DNA of 64,000 nucleotides, taken from a virus. Lineage: Duplodnaviria > Caudoviricetes. The notes under the pieces were generated by a model. It had not been told where the DNA came from, ran no database searches, and saw only the letters and a program-made list of their open reading frames with translations. The position numbers were made by a program, and so were the translations under genes. The stretch's first letter is position 1; each line of letters begins with the position of its first letter. Positions 36,401 to 45,842 of the stretch are shown one piece after another. The stretch covers positions 160,001 through 224,000 of IMG/VR virus record IMGVR_UViG_3300015050_001523, one strand, 5' to 3'.

Positions 36401-36932
36401 TGCTTATCAATATATTTTGGATCCTGTGACTATTAGAGCGGAAGTTCTTGATGCTAGTACAGGAGATGCTATTTCTGGGGCTCGTGTATATATTGAGGCC
36501 GATACAGGAGGCCCATTACCATATCAGGAAGCCGTAACAATAACTCGTTCTGGTTCAGTTGCAACAGTTACTCACGCATCTCATGGACTTTCTTCCGGCT
36601 CTAAAATAAAAGTTAAAGGAGCAACACAAACTGAATATAATGGAATTTATACAATTTCCGTTATTGATTCTGGTTCTTATAGCTATACAGTAAGTGGTTC
36701 TCCTGCATCGCCAGCAACAGGTTCTCCTATTGTTACAGCAGTAATAATTAATGAAACAACAGATGTAAGTGGAATTGTTTCAGATACTTCTTTTCCTTAT
36801 ATTGGAGACCAGCCAATTGTTGGCCGCGCGCGCAAAGCTGATGCAACCCCACTATATCAAAGCAATATTATTGCAGGAACAATTACAAGTTCTGGTCTTG
36901 ATTCTTTAGTGTTTTTGATTCGAGACGATTGA
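33465..36932 (+). CDS. Large putative tail fibre/spike protein with three internal beta-domain repeats
   Basis: 1155 aa; repeats WTRVTTTATVTKAAHGL, WTRATTTATITSADHGL, ITRSGSVATVTHASHGL. Confidence 0.65.
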   Translation: MATFNITTAVNIDTLASKVGSDTYNINGGYLTVDQDTRYGTNQNTSAAMGNITLSATLGGTIEFNAEDVRIIPYDGGGGNVPAYNTTIAGTTTGSGLLIGVVSALNATPTAVGAAMPASGFIKIKQWNGVAYTDNDALTGITATVNGTDRVGWLEIVAVDALLSTANRLGTYKVRGEWFDLGTTNGTRATTYQIPSNGSIVYLPGVWVETAASSGVYEFYPCAGSLTATAANIATDEVRGRWCWISTAGLLRFGHDGANSTGGFIPETGRKIRIPNIFFFCCTAAALTANVLPNATLATRYEFATTGGGVLDIQKACFNWYMNLNQPYSVALTDVAILTTLVVTECASPITWSNVGVGQEAAVSTFGLSMTACFAGGTMTDCVWTRATLASSGHYVVTFTDMLDFVFTNERVHALGGARGNASTGVATLTRSNSCSWVGRLRGGGKTQIVTCSDISFTNDTYYDHPATTTPVTNPAYAYELLTSCTRLTIDGLDFGGLTLCQPYSGILSVGAAGHSEINLRNLGSYASPLDLGGATQSDVAWTRVTTTATVTKAAHGLKVNDIIYVFISSSVAAITVAAKTVASVPTADTFTFTSLNAGSASGTLSYYPTMSALLFTTASGNANGVYIKRCYTKKLRTNLFTTDNGNKNIVIENCYSNNESNPVTPMLNGEIKGIYGTPTFAAQTSCYGTHWIDSFISAIPANTAAVAWTRATTTATITSADHGLRTGALINVTVSSSEAAIILGQKTVTAATKDTFTFTCLNAGSASGTLTFVPLVSRIGLVMNEATSDTTDAYTIDAGSTAFTSAGGLYMPAVDDQITFELPYYLIGHTGFPIAEAVMAGGTISNYNIYYSIDKNDGSGFSSYKNLYYQRTGAGGSASSTNVTMTSTTGVAVGDYVWGTNIAPNAKVSSITDGTTVVVDIANTGVVSGTLRFNQMPSESSIDAQVGFKLRIRVITGTVNATAITSLYVISTSTETSRAYQYILDPVTIRAEVLDASTGDAISGARVYIEADTGGPLPYQEAVTITRSGSVATVTHASHGLSSGSKIKVKGATQTEYNGIYTISVIDSGSYSYTVSGSPASPATGSPIVTAVIINETTDVSGIVSDTSFPYIGDQPIVGRARKADATPLYQSNIIAGTITSSGLDSLVFLIRDD

Positions 36933-36955
36933 TTTTCATAAGGATACTTACTATT

Positions 36956-37477
36956 ATGGATGATATATTTTGGAAGTTAGATGAGACAAATGATATTACA
37001 TTTAAAGTAAGTATAAGCAGTTCAGAACCATTGAATCAAAGTCCAAAAATAAGACTTGTCTGCGAAGGTCCTGAAATGAGTTTTTCATTTCCAGGAAAAT
37101 TTAATGGACTTAATGAAGTTGAAGTAACAATTCCTCCAATGCAAGGAAGAATAATGGAAGGTAAATATCATACAAAATTAGAAACAATTTTAGATGATAA
37201 ATATTTTGTTCCATTGCAATTTGATGCAGTATTTGAAATGTCAACAAAGGTTATGGCAGAAATCGTAACTAAAAAAGATGTCAAAAATAGTCACAATTTA
37301 AATAAAATTGAAGCATCTATAATTGAAACAAAGGAAAATTCTAAAAGAAAAATAATCATAGAGCCAGAAGAAAAACAAAAAATAATTGTTCCAACAAAAA
37401 ATATTGAAAAAACTAGAGAAATCTATGATAGTAAATCTAAAATTAAATCATTAAAAGAAAGATTTAAATCTTTATAG
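36956..37477 (+). CDS. Hypothetical protein (start revised)
   Basis: MDDIFWKLDE; TACTTA-N5-ATG upstream. Confidence 0.65.
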   Translation: MDDIFWKLDETNDITFKVSISSSEPLNQSPKIRLVCEGPEMSFSFPGKFNGLNEVEVTIPPMQGRIMEGKYHTKLETILDDKYFVPLQFDAVFEMSTKVMAEIVTKKDVKNSHNLNKIEASIIETKENSKRKIIIEPEEKQKIIVPTKNIEKTREIYDSKSKIKSLKERFKSL

Positions 37478-38309
37478 TAATGATAGATGTATTTATTTCT
37501 ATTTTTTCTTCAATAGAAGAACATTTGGAGTTAGAATTATTAGTCATAATATCATCAATTTGGTGATTTGATATTTCCATTTTTTCATTTATTATAGCTG
37601 CTGTTGTTCTAATTTTATAGAGTATATTTTTTATAGAATATTTAAGAGGAAATACTTTTTCTCCAGCAATCCACCATTCTTTAAATCCATTTGGTTTTTC
37701 AATTGCCGGACCGTCTTCTCTGTGAAGTTTTCCTTCAATCCACCATTCTTTATGTCCATTTCCATTTAGCCCTTCAAATGCAGGGCCGTCTTCTCGATGA
37801 AGTTTTCCATGTATTCTCCATTCTTTGGTTCCATTTGAATATTCAACAGCAGGAAGGTCTCCTTCTCGATGAAGATTTCCATTAAAATAATGGAATTTAC
37901 TTCCTTCAGTATGTTCAATTGCCGGACCGTCTTCTCGATGAAGATTTCCATTTGAAAGACGATATTCAATTCGATTTAAACATTTTCTTTTAATTGGAAT
38001 CATTTTAACTTTTTCATTAAATTCTTCTTTAGATAAAGGTTTGCCATGAATAAAATAAGATTTAAATCCATCTATGTGTTCAATGGCAGGACCATCTTCT
38101 CGGTGATATACTCCATTGACTAAATAAGATTTATCTCCATTTGACCATTCAATGGCAGGAAGATTCAATTCTCGGTGAAGTATTCCATTTATATACCATG
38201 CCTTATATCCATTTTTCCATTCAACAGCAGGGCCGTCTTCTCTGTGAAGATTTCCATTCTGAAGACGATATTTAATCCCAGTCGAATATTCTTTTTTAAT
38301 TGGAATCAT
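37464..38309 (-). CDS. HREDGPA-repeat protein, paralog 6 (internally duplicated, seven repeats)
   Basis: Two units each beginning MIPIK; HRExxPA seven times. Confidence 0.8.
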   Translation of the reverse strand: MIPIKKEYSTGIKYRLQNGNLHREDGPAVEWKNGYKAWYINGILHRELNLPAIEWSNGDKSYLVNGVYHREDGPAIEHIDGFKSYFIHGKPLSKEEFNEKVKMIPIKRKCLNRIEYRLSNGNLHREDGPAIEHTEGSKFHYFNGNLHREGDLPAVEYSNGTKEWRIHGKLHREDGPAFEGLNGNGHKEWWIEGKLHREDGPAIEKPNGFKEWWIAGEKVFPLKYSIKNILYKIRTTAAIINEKMEISNHQIDDIMTNNSNSKCSSIEEKIEINTSIITIKI

Positions 38310-38365
38310 TTTGACCTTAAAATCTTATAGATAATATTTTCCATTTACAAAATAGAATTTATATT

Positions 38366-38446
38366 CGGAAGGTGGAGGACTCGAACCCCACACTTTTGAT
38401 GTCCCTGGTGTTCAAAACCAGTTTGGCTCCATAGCCGGCACCCTCC
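38366..38446 (-). tRNA. tRNA-Ser(TGA)
   Basis: GGAGGGT/ACCTTCC, G73, TT-TGA-AC, variable arm. Confidence 0.8.
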
Positions 38447-38617
38447 TTAATTTATTTTAAATTTAGAACATTTTTTATTTTTTGAATATCTTCTCCAAAA
38501 TCTTGTTTCTCAAGTTTTGATATTCTTTTATCTAGATTTTCTAATTTTTCTTCCAAATTTTTTAATTTTCTTTCTAATTGTTCTATATCTTGATCATATT
38601 GTAATATAAACATACTT

Positions 38618-38691
38618 TGAGCCAACAAGGATTTGAACCTTGAACCTAGAAATTAAGAGTTTCTTGCTCTACCATGTTGAGCTATTGGCCC
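38618..38691 (-). tRNA. tRNA-Lys(CTT)
   Basis: GGGCCAA/TTGGCTC, CT-CTT-AA. Confidence 0.85.
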
Positions 38692-38703
38692 TTTTTACTT
38701 GAA

Positions 38704-38776
38704 TGAACCCAGTAAGACTTGAACTTACAACCTTGAGATTAAAAGCCTCTTGCTCTACCAATTGAGCTATGGGTCC
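38704..38776 (-). tRNA. tRNA-Lys(TTT)
   Basis: GGACCCA/TGGGTTC, CT-TTT-AA. Confidence 0.85.
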
Positions 38777-38886
38777 TAAGTCATCTGATATTTATTTTAT
38801 CAAAGGAACAAAAATAAATATCAAAAATCCTTATAAGGATTTCTTTGATAAGATTTTTTGTTTCGACTTTAACATTGAAATAATAA

Positions 38887-39174
38887 CTATTTCCTTATCA
38901 TCCATTTTACTATATCCAATGGCCTTCTGTCAACATGTTTTTTCACATAAATTTTATCAAGAAAATCAATTTCAAATTTTCCATCTTTTATATGGACATT
39001 TATATTGATTTTATAAGTCTTAAATAAGTCTTCACATAAAGCCTTAAATAAAGCACAAACTTCAGGTGTCCATGTCCTTTCTCTAAATGCCAAAAGCAAC
39101 TTTTCAAAATTTAATTTAAAAGAAGAATTACTTTCTAGCAAAGTTTTTAGTTGTTCATTTTCACATACAATCAA
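38887..39174 (-). CDS. Hypothetical protein
   Basis: 95-aa ORF. Confidence 0.5.
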   Translation of the reverse strand: MIVCENEQLKTLLESNSSFKLNFEKLLLAFRERTWTPEVCALFKALCEDLFKTYKININVHIKDGKFEIDFLDKIYVKKHVDRRPLDIVKWMIRK

Positions 39175-39371
39175 TAGAATTCATCCTTTGTTGTTTTTCT
39201 TTTTCTTTTTAGATTTTCATAATCTTTTAAATGAGGAAGGCATATAAATTCTAATTCTTCCTGATCGTTATTATGAAGTTTTCCACCATTTTCAATAGTT
39301 ATATTGATTTTTTCAAATGTTTTTTTTTGACAAATAAAACATTTCCCTTCAATTAAGTTTTCTTCAGTCAT
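39171..39371 (-). CDS. Hypothetical Zn-finger protein
   Basis: CFIC ... CLPH. Confidence 0.5.
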   Translation of the reverse strand: MTEENLIEGKCFICQKKTFEKINITIENGGKLHNNDQEELEFICLPHLKDYENLKRKRKTTKDEFY

Positions 39372-39809
39372 TTATTTGGCATCCAAAATTTCACCAGAAA
39401 TTGTATTTAGGTTAGGAACTATTTTAAGATGAACAACATTATTTTTTGGTTTAATGAATGAGAATTCCATATCTCCAGGATATGGATATTCAGAGCCGCC
39501 ACAATCATTTTTTCCTAATTCCCAATCAGATGTTATATTAAATGTCCTTACAGATTCTCCATTATTTAATAAATTTGAAGAAAAAGAAAATCCAATATTG
39601 TCTGGTACATCATCAAAAAAATGTTCTGGGATGTCTACATCTTTATTTATTGACTTTGAATGCCGAACAAGTCCAACAATAAGTCTTTTCAAGTGCTTAC
39701 AATAACTTTCTTCACATAGTCTGTTTTCTTCAATATAGATTTTGTCTTTAGGCATAAAATTTAGGCGTTTGCTGTTGCTGTTCCTAGTTGCGCATTCGTA
39801 GTTAACCAA
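39372..39809 (-). CDS. Hypothetical protein
   Basis: 145-aa ORF. Confidence 0.55.
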   Translation of the reverse strand: MVNYECATRNSNSKRLNFMPKDKIYIEENRLCEESYCKHLKRLIVGLVRHSKSINKDVDIPEHFFDDVPDNIGFSFSSNLLNNGESVRTFNITSDWELGKNDCGGSEYPYPGDMEFSFIKPKNNVVHLKIVPNLNTISGEILDAK

Positions 39810-40639
39810 CTGCGTTCTGTAGCTTCCTGATAGTCTGGTGGTTCTGGCAGTTCATCATTCTCAGGACGGTATAAGTAACGTACCCAGCCCCCAATCTCAT
39901 AGCGGTGTTGCATATGTATAATCGTTTTTTTCTTCTTCTGGATTTCAGTGATTATTGCTTCGTGTGCGACAATTCTTAAATAACCCCAACGTTCAACAAG
40001 TCTTTCAACGATCTCGGAGATTAAATATACATTTCGTTCAATTTTGCCAAGAAATTCACGTCGTGGAAGTTCAGCGAGAACTATATGAGCCGCCTCAATA
40101 ATATCGATTTTTCGATGGGTTGCAGGTTCTAGATAATGAAGTTCTGATTGAGGAATTCTCTCAGTGATTGGGATTCGCATTTTTTGCGAATCCCAATTTT
40201 GGGTTTCCGTATCAGGTTTTCCACCATAAACTTCTGCTAATTCTCCATTAGGTGTTAAAATGCCTGCATCAATAAATGTTTGTTTTGCCTCTATTGGGGT
40301 AAGGCCCTCTATCCTTTTAATTGTTTCAGCTCGTCCTGGTAATAGATCATTAGCTAAAAAATCAATCTTGCATGCTCGACAGTTATCATCATTGACTTTG
40401 TGTGTTTTTGTTCTACAATTTGGCTTTTCACAATTGCTATTATTATCATTTTTTAATGGGCCATATTGAAATCCTCTTCCTTTTTTTCTTAATAAAATTC
40501 TTTTTTCTTCAACAAGCTTTCTAAGAGAAGACTCAATTTCTTCAAGAGCCCAATCTGTATGTTCTGCAATTCTTTTAGAAGAACTCCATCCAAGATATTC
40601 AATTCCTTTTATAAGGCTTTCTAAAAATGCTTCAACCAT
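39761..40639 (-). CDS. Hypothetical protein with N-terminal winged-helix-like segment
   Basis: SSKRIAE...IESSLRKLVEEKRI; TTGACA-18-TATATT promoter and AAGGA SD upstream. Confidence 0.65.
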   Translation of the reverse strand: MVEAFLESLIKGIEYLGWSSSKRIAEHTDWALEEIESSLRKLVEEKRILLRKKGRGFQYGPLKNDNNSNCEKPNCRTKTHKVNDDNCRACKIDFLANDLLPGRAETIKRIEGLTPIEAKQTFIDAGILTPNGELAEVYGGKPDTETQNWDSQKMRIPITERIPQSELHYLEPATHRKIDIIEAAHIVLAELPRREFLGKIERNVYLISEIVERLVERWGYLRIVAHEAIITEIQKKKKTIIHMQHRYEIGGWVRYLYRPENDELPEPPDYQEATERSWLTTNAQLGTATANA

Positions 40640-40693
40640 TTTTCCTTCTTTCTAATAAGAATATAGCACTTATTTTTAGTCTTTGTCAATAAC

Positions 40694-41194
40694 TTAATTG
40701 ACTTGTAAGTTTGGCTCTGACTCTTTTAGTTCTTTGATTACAGGATCGAATATTTTATCTATTTTTTCATGACTAAACCCATTTGGAATCCAAATAGAAG
40801 ATTTTCCATCTTTCAATAATGCAACTGAAGTCATTGTTATTGCTTCTCCATTTCTAAATCTAGCAATAAGATCATGAAGAAATCCAATACATTTTACAAC
40901 ATTATTGGCATTTTTTGGAACATCGGATAAAGAATAAGATTCTAAAGTTATGTCAGAAACTGTAAAAGGTTTCTTTTTTGATGATTCTTCTTCAATAATT
41001 TCAAAATCTTTAACTTCTTCAAACATTACCATTTTAAATAATTCATTTTTAGGAGACTCAGATTTGTTTAAAATTTCTAGAAGGTTTGATGCATTTTTCT
41101 CTGTAAACATTCCAAGGCTAAAATTTTCTAAGTCACCATCATCTACAAGTTCTAATACTTTTTGAAAAAGTTTATTTCTTGAATTTTTTTCCAT
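40694..41194 (-). CDS. Hypothetical protein
   Basis: 166-aa ORF. Confidence 0.6.
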   Translation of the reverse strand: MEKNSRNKLFQKVLELVDDGDLENFSLGMFTEKNASNLLEILNKSESPKNELFKMVMFEEVKDFEIIEEESSKKKPFTVSDITLESYSLSDVPKNANNVVKCIGFLHDLIARFRNGEAITMTSVALLKDGKSSIWIPNGFSHEKIDKIFDPVIKELKESEPNLQVN

Positions 41195-41245
41195 ATAATT
41201 TAACTATACCAAATTAATTGGCAATATTTGGACAACAAATATAAA

Positions 41246-41479
41246 TTATTTTTTAATTTTTAAATGACTTATATTTGGTACTTTTTTATTATTTTTTGAT
41301 GCAATGATAGAAATCATCATATCTCTTGATGATTGAGTTAGTTCTTTTGTAGTCATTAAATCTGATTTTTCAGAAAATGAAAAATCATGATTTTCTAATA
41401 AATCTTCTAAATTAAATATTGTTTCTTCTAGGGACAAAATAATAGCTGCAAATTTATCATCAATGTCTTGAGGTTGCAT
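41246..41479 (-). CDS. Hypothetical protein
   Basis: 77-aa ORF. Confidence 0.5.
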   Translation of the reverse strand: MQPQDIDDKFAAIILSLEETIFNLEDLLENHDFSFSEKSDLMTTKELTQSSRDMMISIIASKNNKKVPNISHLKIKK

Positions 41480-41789
41480 TTTCTAACTGCCTAATTCTAT
41501 CTATTAAAAGATCATTTTCTTTATCGGCTTTTAATACATGAGTAATGAGTGATTCAATATCTTTTTTATAGTTTGCAAAAGACTCAACAGCGCCAGGATA
41601 GATAACTTTAACAATTGGTAATGTTTTTACCAATTTTCCTTTTTCATTATAAATATTATAAGAAACCATGTTATTTTCAATAACTGGGGCTCCTGTAGGA
41701 ATGCGCTGTGCTCGAATTTGTATTTTTTCTAATTGATCTCTTGAAAGAAATCTGTTTTCCAATTCGGATATTTCAGATATGGTTGCCAT
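41460..41789 (-). CDS. Hypothetical protein
   Basis: 109-aa ORF. Confidence 0.55.
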   Translation of the reverse strand: MATISEISELENRFLSRDQLEKIQIRAQRIPTGAPVIENNMVSYNIYNEKGKLVKTLPIVKVIYPGAVESFANYKKDIESLITHVLKADKENDLLIDRIRQLENATSRH

Positions 41790-41804
41790 GCTTTCAATTA
41801 TATA

Positions 41805-42251
41805 TTAGATAATATCTTTGCTAAGTTTTGTTTCATATCTTTTTTCAGAGATTTCTACTTTTTCTCTAAATTTTAAAGCTGAAATAATCGCTTCTATTTC
41901 TGTAGATCTGTAGACCGGAGGTCTATTACTATCTTTCATAAAGAAAATGCACCATTCACGTCCACTCCCAAATCCATGAGGGCAAGAGGCAGTACACATA
42001 TTTGGATCATTCCATGCTTCTCGCACTAAAAATAATAAATAACCTAGCATCGCAGGGCTTTTAATATCTGGAACTATATCCTCTAGATCTATAGACTTTA
42101 GTATAGAATCATCAAAAATGATGATTTTTTTATCATCAATTTCATAAATTAGTGCTTTTTTATTTTTAGAAACAATTCTAATTGGCATCCCTTCAAGGAA
42201 TGAAAAAAATTTACATGATTTTAATTCATTTTCTAATTTAAAATTATTCAT
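41805..42251 (-). CDS. Hypothetical protein
   Basis: 148-aa ORF; PAMLGYLLFLVREAW. Confidence 0.6.
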   Translation of the reverse strand: MNNFKLENELKSCKFFSFLEGMPIRIVSKNKKALIYEIDDKKIIIFDDSILKSIDLEDIVPDIKSPAMLGYLLFLVREAWNDPNMCTASCPHGFGSGREWCIFFMKDSNRPPVYRSTEIEAIISALKFREKVEISEKRYETKLSKDII

Positions 42252-42489
42252 AAAGTTTTTCTATTTCTAAAGGAGCTTGATTTAATTGCAATTTATTCTT
42301 TGGGGCAGCTATTTCTAGCTTGTTTGGTTTAGAAATAACTAATGAAATTAGAAATCCCATTAAAAATGAAATTGGAATTGTCCACCATAAAAGTCCAAAA
42401 GATAACAAACAAACAACACCAATCCCCATTCCAGGAATTATGGTGTTGTTTGTTAGCTGCTTAAGCTTCTTTGTATTTATTTGGCCCAC
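42244..42489 (-). CDS. Small membrane protein
   Basis: Two hydrophobic segments. Confidence 0.55.
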   Translation of the reverse strand: MGQINTKKLKQLTNNTIIPGMGIGVVCLLSFGLLWWTIPISFLMGFLISLVISKPNKLEIAAPKNKLQLNQAPLEIEKLYE

Positions 42490-42501
42490 AAAGCCATACT
42501 A

Positions 42502-42828
42502 TCACTTGTCTTCTAAGATGTCAAGCTTCTTTTTTCTTCCATTTTTTTTCGGGATATCTTCTTCTATTGGTTCTGCTGGTAAAGTTTCTAATTCTAAAGG
42601 AAAAAATTCTTCAATTTTTATTTTTTCTTTTTCAGGAAGTTTTTCTATAATTTTTTCTTTTTTAAAGAATTTTTCAACTTCTTCTTTTGTTGGAGGACTC
42701 ATATCGCGCGATATCAGCCATGTTTTCATTTCTAAATATGACTTAAATGCTTTTGATTTAATCCATGCACCAACATCTAAATGACGTCGAGAAGTAAAGG
42801 TTTTCCAATCTAATTTTGGTTTCTCCAT
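42502..42828 (-). CDS. Hypothetical protein
   Basis: 108-aa ORF. Confidence 0.6.
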   Translation of the reverse strand: MEKPKLDWKTFTSRRHLDVGAWIKSKAFKSYLEMKTWLISRDMSPPTKEEVEKFFKKEKIIEKLPEKEKIKIEEFFPLELETLPAEPIEEDIPKKNGRKKKLDILEDK

Positions 42829-42837
42829 AACATATAA

Positions 42838-43116
42838 CTATGCTTCATAAGCGCTTTGGATTAGTGGTGCAATAATATTTTGAAAATCAACTTCTTTTGC
42901 AATTAGTTGTGCATTTTCTCTACTTACTGGGTGCCCGTAAGTTGCCCCGATTTTTCTTATAATCTTTTCTAAAGATTTTAGAACAATTAATCTAATTCTA
43001 GCTGGTGTATAAAATTCTCCTTCTTTTGCCATTTCATTTGCAATTGCAGTGAAAGTTAACCCATCAGGAATTTCTAATGTTGCATATTTTCCAATACGAT
43101 CAGTAGAGTTATTCAT
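42838..43116 (-). CDS. HTH protein resembling sigma-70 region 4.2 (start revised, ATGA overlap with sigma stop)
   Basis: GLTFTAIANEM...TPARIRLIVLKSLEK vs TLEEVG...TRERIRQIEAKALRK consensus. Confidence 0.5.
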   Translation of the reverse strand: MNNSTDRIGKYATLEIPDGLTFTAIANEMAKEGEFYTPARIRLIVLKSLEKIIRKIGATYGHPVSRENAQLIAKEVDFQNIIAPLIQSAYEA

Positions 43117-43976
43117 TTTTTTCTTTTCTCCAAATTTTGGACTTCTTCTTCGGTTATTGGCCAAGCCTTATGGTCTGTTGGATCTTCCGTTATTCCAAAT
43201 CTTAACCTCAATATTTTTTCATCTCTTTCAGGCAAATCTTTTATTATTTGCCTTATTGACTTAATTAATTCTTGTTGAGAAATTTCATCAAGTGGAGATA
43301 TTGCATCTTCATCTTTAATTATAGAATGTAAAGCTTCATCATCATCTTCTAAACTTGTTGCACTATGATCAATTGTAATTATTGAATTTTTTGTTAGAAC
43401 TTGTAATGCCTGTTTGGCCATATCTTCAGTACATTCTAATTCTGAAGAAATTTCTTTAATAGATGGCTTGCATCCATTCTTTTTTATATATGACTGAAAC
43501 ATTGCACTTAATTTATGAGATAAAGTTAGCACATGAACAGGTACTCTTACTGTTCGTCCATGATTTGAAATTAATCGATCGATTCTTTGACGGATCCACC
43601 AACAACAATATGTACTAATTTTTAGTTCTTTTTTATAATCAAATCTATCAATCCCATCAATTAATCCAATATTTCCTTCTTGAATAAGATCTTCTAATTC
43701 GCATCCTTTTGATTGGTAGTGTTTCGCAACGGATGCCACCAATCTTAGATTGGATCTAACTAACTTCTCACGTGCAAGCTTTGCCTTTCTTAATGTCTCT
43801 TTATCTTTTGAAAGATCCCACAATTTATTAGGATTAGTGCTCAATAGACCGTTTTCATCTCTCCATCTTCCTGCATCCATCATTTTTGCAAGATATTGCT
43901 CTTCTTCTCTGTTTAGTAATTTTTTTCCATCTACCTCTGAAAAATATTGATTTAGAGATGTTTTATCATTCATCAT
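43113..43976 (-). CDS. RNA polymerase sigma-70 factor (RpoD-like regions 1.2-4.1, region 4.2 missing)
   Basis: LNQYFSEV, LVRSNLRLVASVAKHY, DLIQEGNIGL, STYCCWWIRQ, ERDEKILRLRFGI. Confidence 0.9.
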   Translation of the reverse strand: MMNDKTSLNQYFSEVDGKKLLNREEEQYLAKMMDAGRWRDENGLLSTNPNKLWDLSKDKETLRKAKLAREKLVRSNLRLVASVAKHYQSKGCELEDLIQEGNIGLIDGIDRFDYKKELKISTYCCWWIRQRIDRLISNHGRTVRVPVHVLTLSHKLSAMFQSYIKKNGCKPSIKEISSELECTEDMAKQALQVLTKNSIITIDHSATSLEDDDEALHSIIKDEDAISPLDEISQQELIKSIRQIIKDLPERDEKILRLRFGITEDPTDHKAWPITEEEVQNLEKRKK

Positions 43977-44377
43977 ATATAATCCTTTAGACATTTTGTC
44001 TTTATTTTTGCAAAATTATTTATATCTATTTGAATATTTAGACTTTTAATAATTTTCAATCCTTCATCCCATGCTAAAACTTCTTGTTCTAGAGCAGATA
44101 TTTTGTTATTTATACCTTTTTGAAGGAACCCAGGGAATAGGTCCGTATATGTTTCTTTCCTGTCTAAATATAGCTTTGCATGGCCACATTCATGTGACAA
44201 ATAGCAAACTCTATTTTTAGGGGTTCGTCTAGAATTATTTGATATTGTTTTAGACGAATAATCCCAAGAATCACAATCAGAATTTATAACAATGTATCCT
44301 AAATTTTTTGCAAATTCTTTTAATTTTAGAATTCCTGCAATACTATTCACTCTGTCCTTAGTAGAATAATAAGTCAT
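43973..44377 (-). CDS. HExxH (IrrE/ImmA-like) metallopeptidase-domain protein
   Basis: LSHECGHA ... EQEVLAWDEG. Confidence 0.55.
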   Translation of the reverse strand: MTYYSTKDRVNSIAGILKLKEFAKNLGYIVINSDCDSWDYSSKTISNNSRRTPKNRVCYLSHECGHAKLYLDRKETYTDLFPGFLQKGINNKISALEQEVLAWDEGLKIIKSLNIQIDINNFAKIKTKCLKDYI

Positions 44378-44657
44378 TATTTATTCTACTTTCTAAAAAT
44401 TCATTTGTGGCTTCTTCTTCTTCTTTTGTTCGAAGATAAATCTCATCTTGAATTTTCTTCATGTTTTTTATATAAATTTCATGAATTTTTTTAGCATTTT
44501 CTCGATGCTCTTGTTCTCTTTCCAAATAGCAAAGTTCAGTTTCTGCATCATGAGAATTGCTTTCATTCTTTTTCGCCCTTCGGATATGGGCACGAACGGC
44601 ATTCATTTGTTCTAATAGTTGATAGTCATTGATTTTTTCAATTTTACGATTGCTCAT
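44358..44657 (-). CDS. Hypothetical protein
   Basis: 99-aa ORF. Confidence 0.55.
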   Translation of the reverse strand: MSNRKIEKINDYQLLEQMNAVRAHIRRAKKNESNSHDAETELCYLEREQEHRENAKKIHEIYIKNMKKIQDEIYLRTKEEEEATNEFLESRINNDLLFY

Positions 44658-44677
44658 ATTTTGTTCCTTTATCTGAT

Positions 44678-44992
44678 TTAGTGAATATAAAGATTGGTTC
44701 CAAATCTATTGGACTCTTCTAATTGCTCTTCAATTTCTGCAAAAAGTTCGGATAACTGATATCCAAATTCATGTTTTAGGTCTTCGTCTTTTGCACGATC
44801 GTACTCCATCATTAGTTCAGCTGCACAATCGATTGCTGCCCTAATTTCTGTAATCTCATTGATTGTACCTTTTATTTTAAGTTCTTTGGTACCAACAAGA
44901 GAATCTATACAATATGCCAAACAACTAAGATTTAAAATATTAAAGTCTTCTATTTCTTCATCTTCTAATAATAATGATTCTTGTGATTGCAT
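44678..44992 (-). CDS. Hypothetical acidic protein
   Basis: 104-aa ORF with GAGGA SD. Confidence 0.6.
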   Translation of the reverse strand: MQSQESLLLEDEEIEDFNILNLSCLAYCIDSLVGTKELKIKGTINEITEIRAAIDCAAELMMEYDRAKDEDLKHEFGYQLSELFAEIEEQLEESNRFGTNLYIH

Positions 44993-45032
44993 TTATATCC
45001 TCTTTATCTTAAATTACTTATACCATAAAAAA

Positions 45033-45842
45033 CTATGGAATGTCAAGTTCTAAAATTCTTTTCTTTATTACTTCTATTGCAGATGAACTAATATCTATTC
45101 CTAAATATTTACGACCCAACATGGCAGCAGATACAATTGTAGACCCACTTCCAGCAAAAAAGTCCAAAATTACATCATCAGGATTTGAATGAACTTTAAT
45201 AATTCGATTCAATAAATTTAGAGGTTTTTGAGTTGGATATTTTTGACTTTCTTTTGACATTGTATGGACTATTCCAAGCTCCCATACAGTCGTTGGCGTC
45301 TTTCCTCTTTTTATTTTTTCTTCAGCATCTTTTGCTGTATTCCTTATTAGACCTGGGGCTTTGTAAGGAATTCTATCAATTTCTTCAAAATTAAAGATGT
45401 AATCTTTTGGATTAATTGCATACCATAAAATGGTATTATGCTTACATGACCACTTCTTTTTGTTTCTTGCTCCATAATCCCAGGAATAAATAATTTCATT
45501 CATAAAATGATCTCTTCCTAATAACTTATCAAGTGCAACTTTTATATAATGAACTTCATTATAGTCCAAATGAACAAATAGAGAACCATTGTCTTTTAAT
45601 GATGGAATTGCCAATTTAATTCTATCCATTAAAAAATTTTCATAATCTATAAATGTATCTTGATATGATATTTCTGAAGATTCTTCTAATATTTTTCCTT
45701 TATCAGTTCTTTTTCTTTTTTGAGTTCTTCCTGTATTAAATGGCGGATCAATATAAATTAATGATATACTTTTTGGAGGAATTTCTGGCAATATTTTTAT
45801 ATTGTCTCCCAGAATAATATTGTTATTTGATAGATCTAGCAT
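45033..45842 (-). CDS. DNA amino-methyltransferase (N6A/N4C, beta class), orphan
   Basis: YIDPPF, PTQKP, LDFFAGSGS. Confidence 0.9.
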   Translation of the reverse strand: MLDLSNNNIILGDNIKILPEIPPKSISLIYIDPPFNTGRTQKRKRTDKGKILEESSEISYQDTFIDYENFLMDRIKLAIPSLKDNGSLFVHLDYNEVHYIKVALDKLLGRDHFMNEIIYSWDYGARNKKKWSCKHNTILWYAINPKDYIFNFEEIDRIPYKAPGLIRNTAKDAEEKIKRGKTPTTVWELGIVHTMSKESQKYPTQKPLNLLNRIIKVHSNPDDVILDFFAGSGSTIVSAAMLGRKYLGIDISSSAIEVIKKRILELDIP

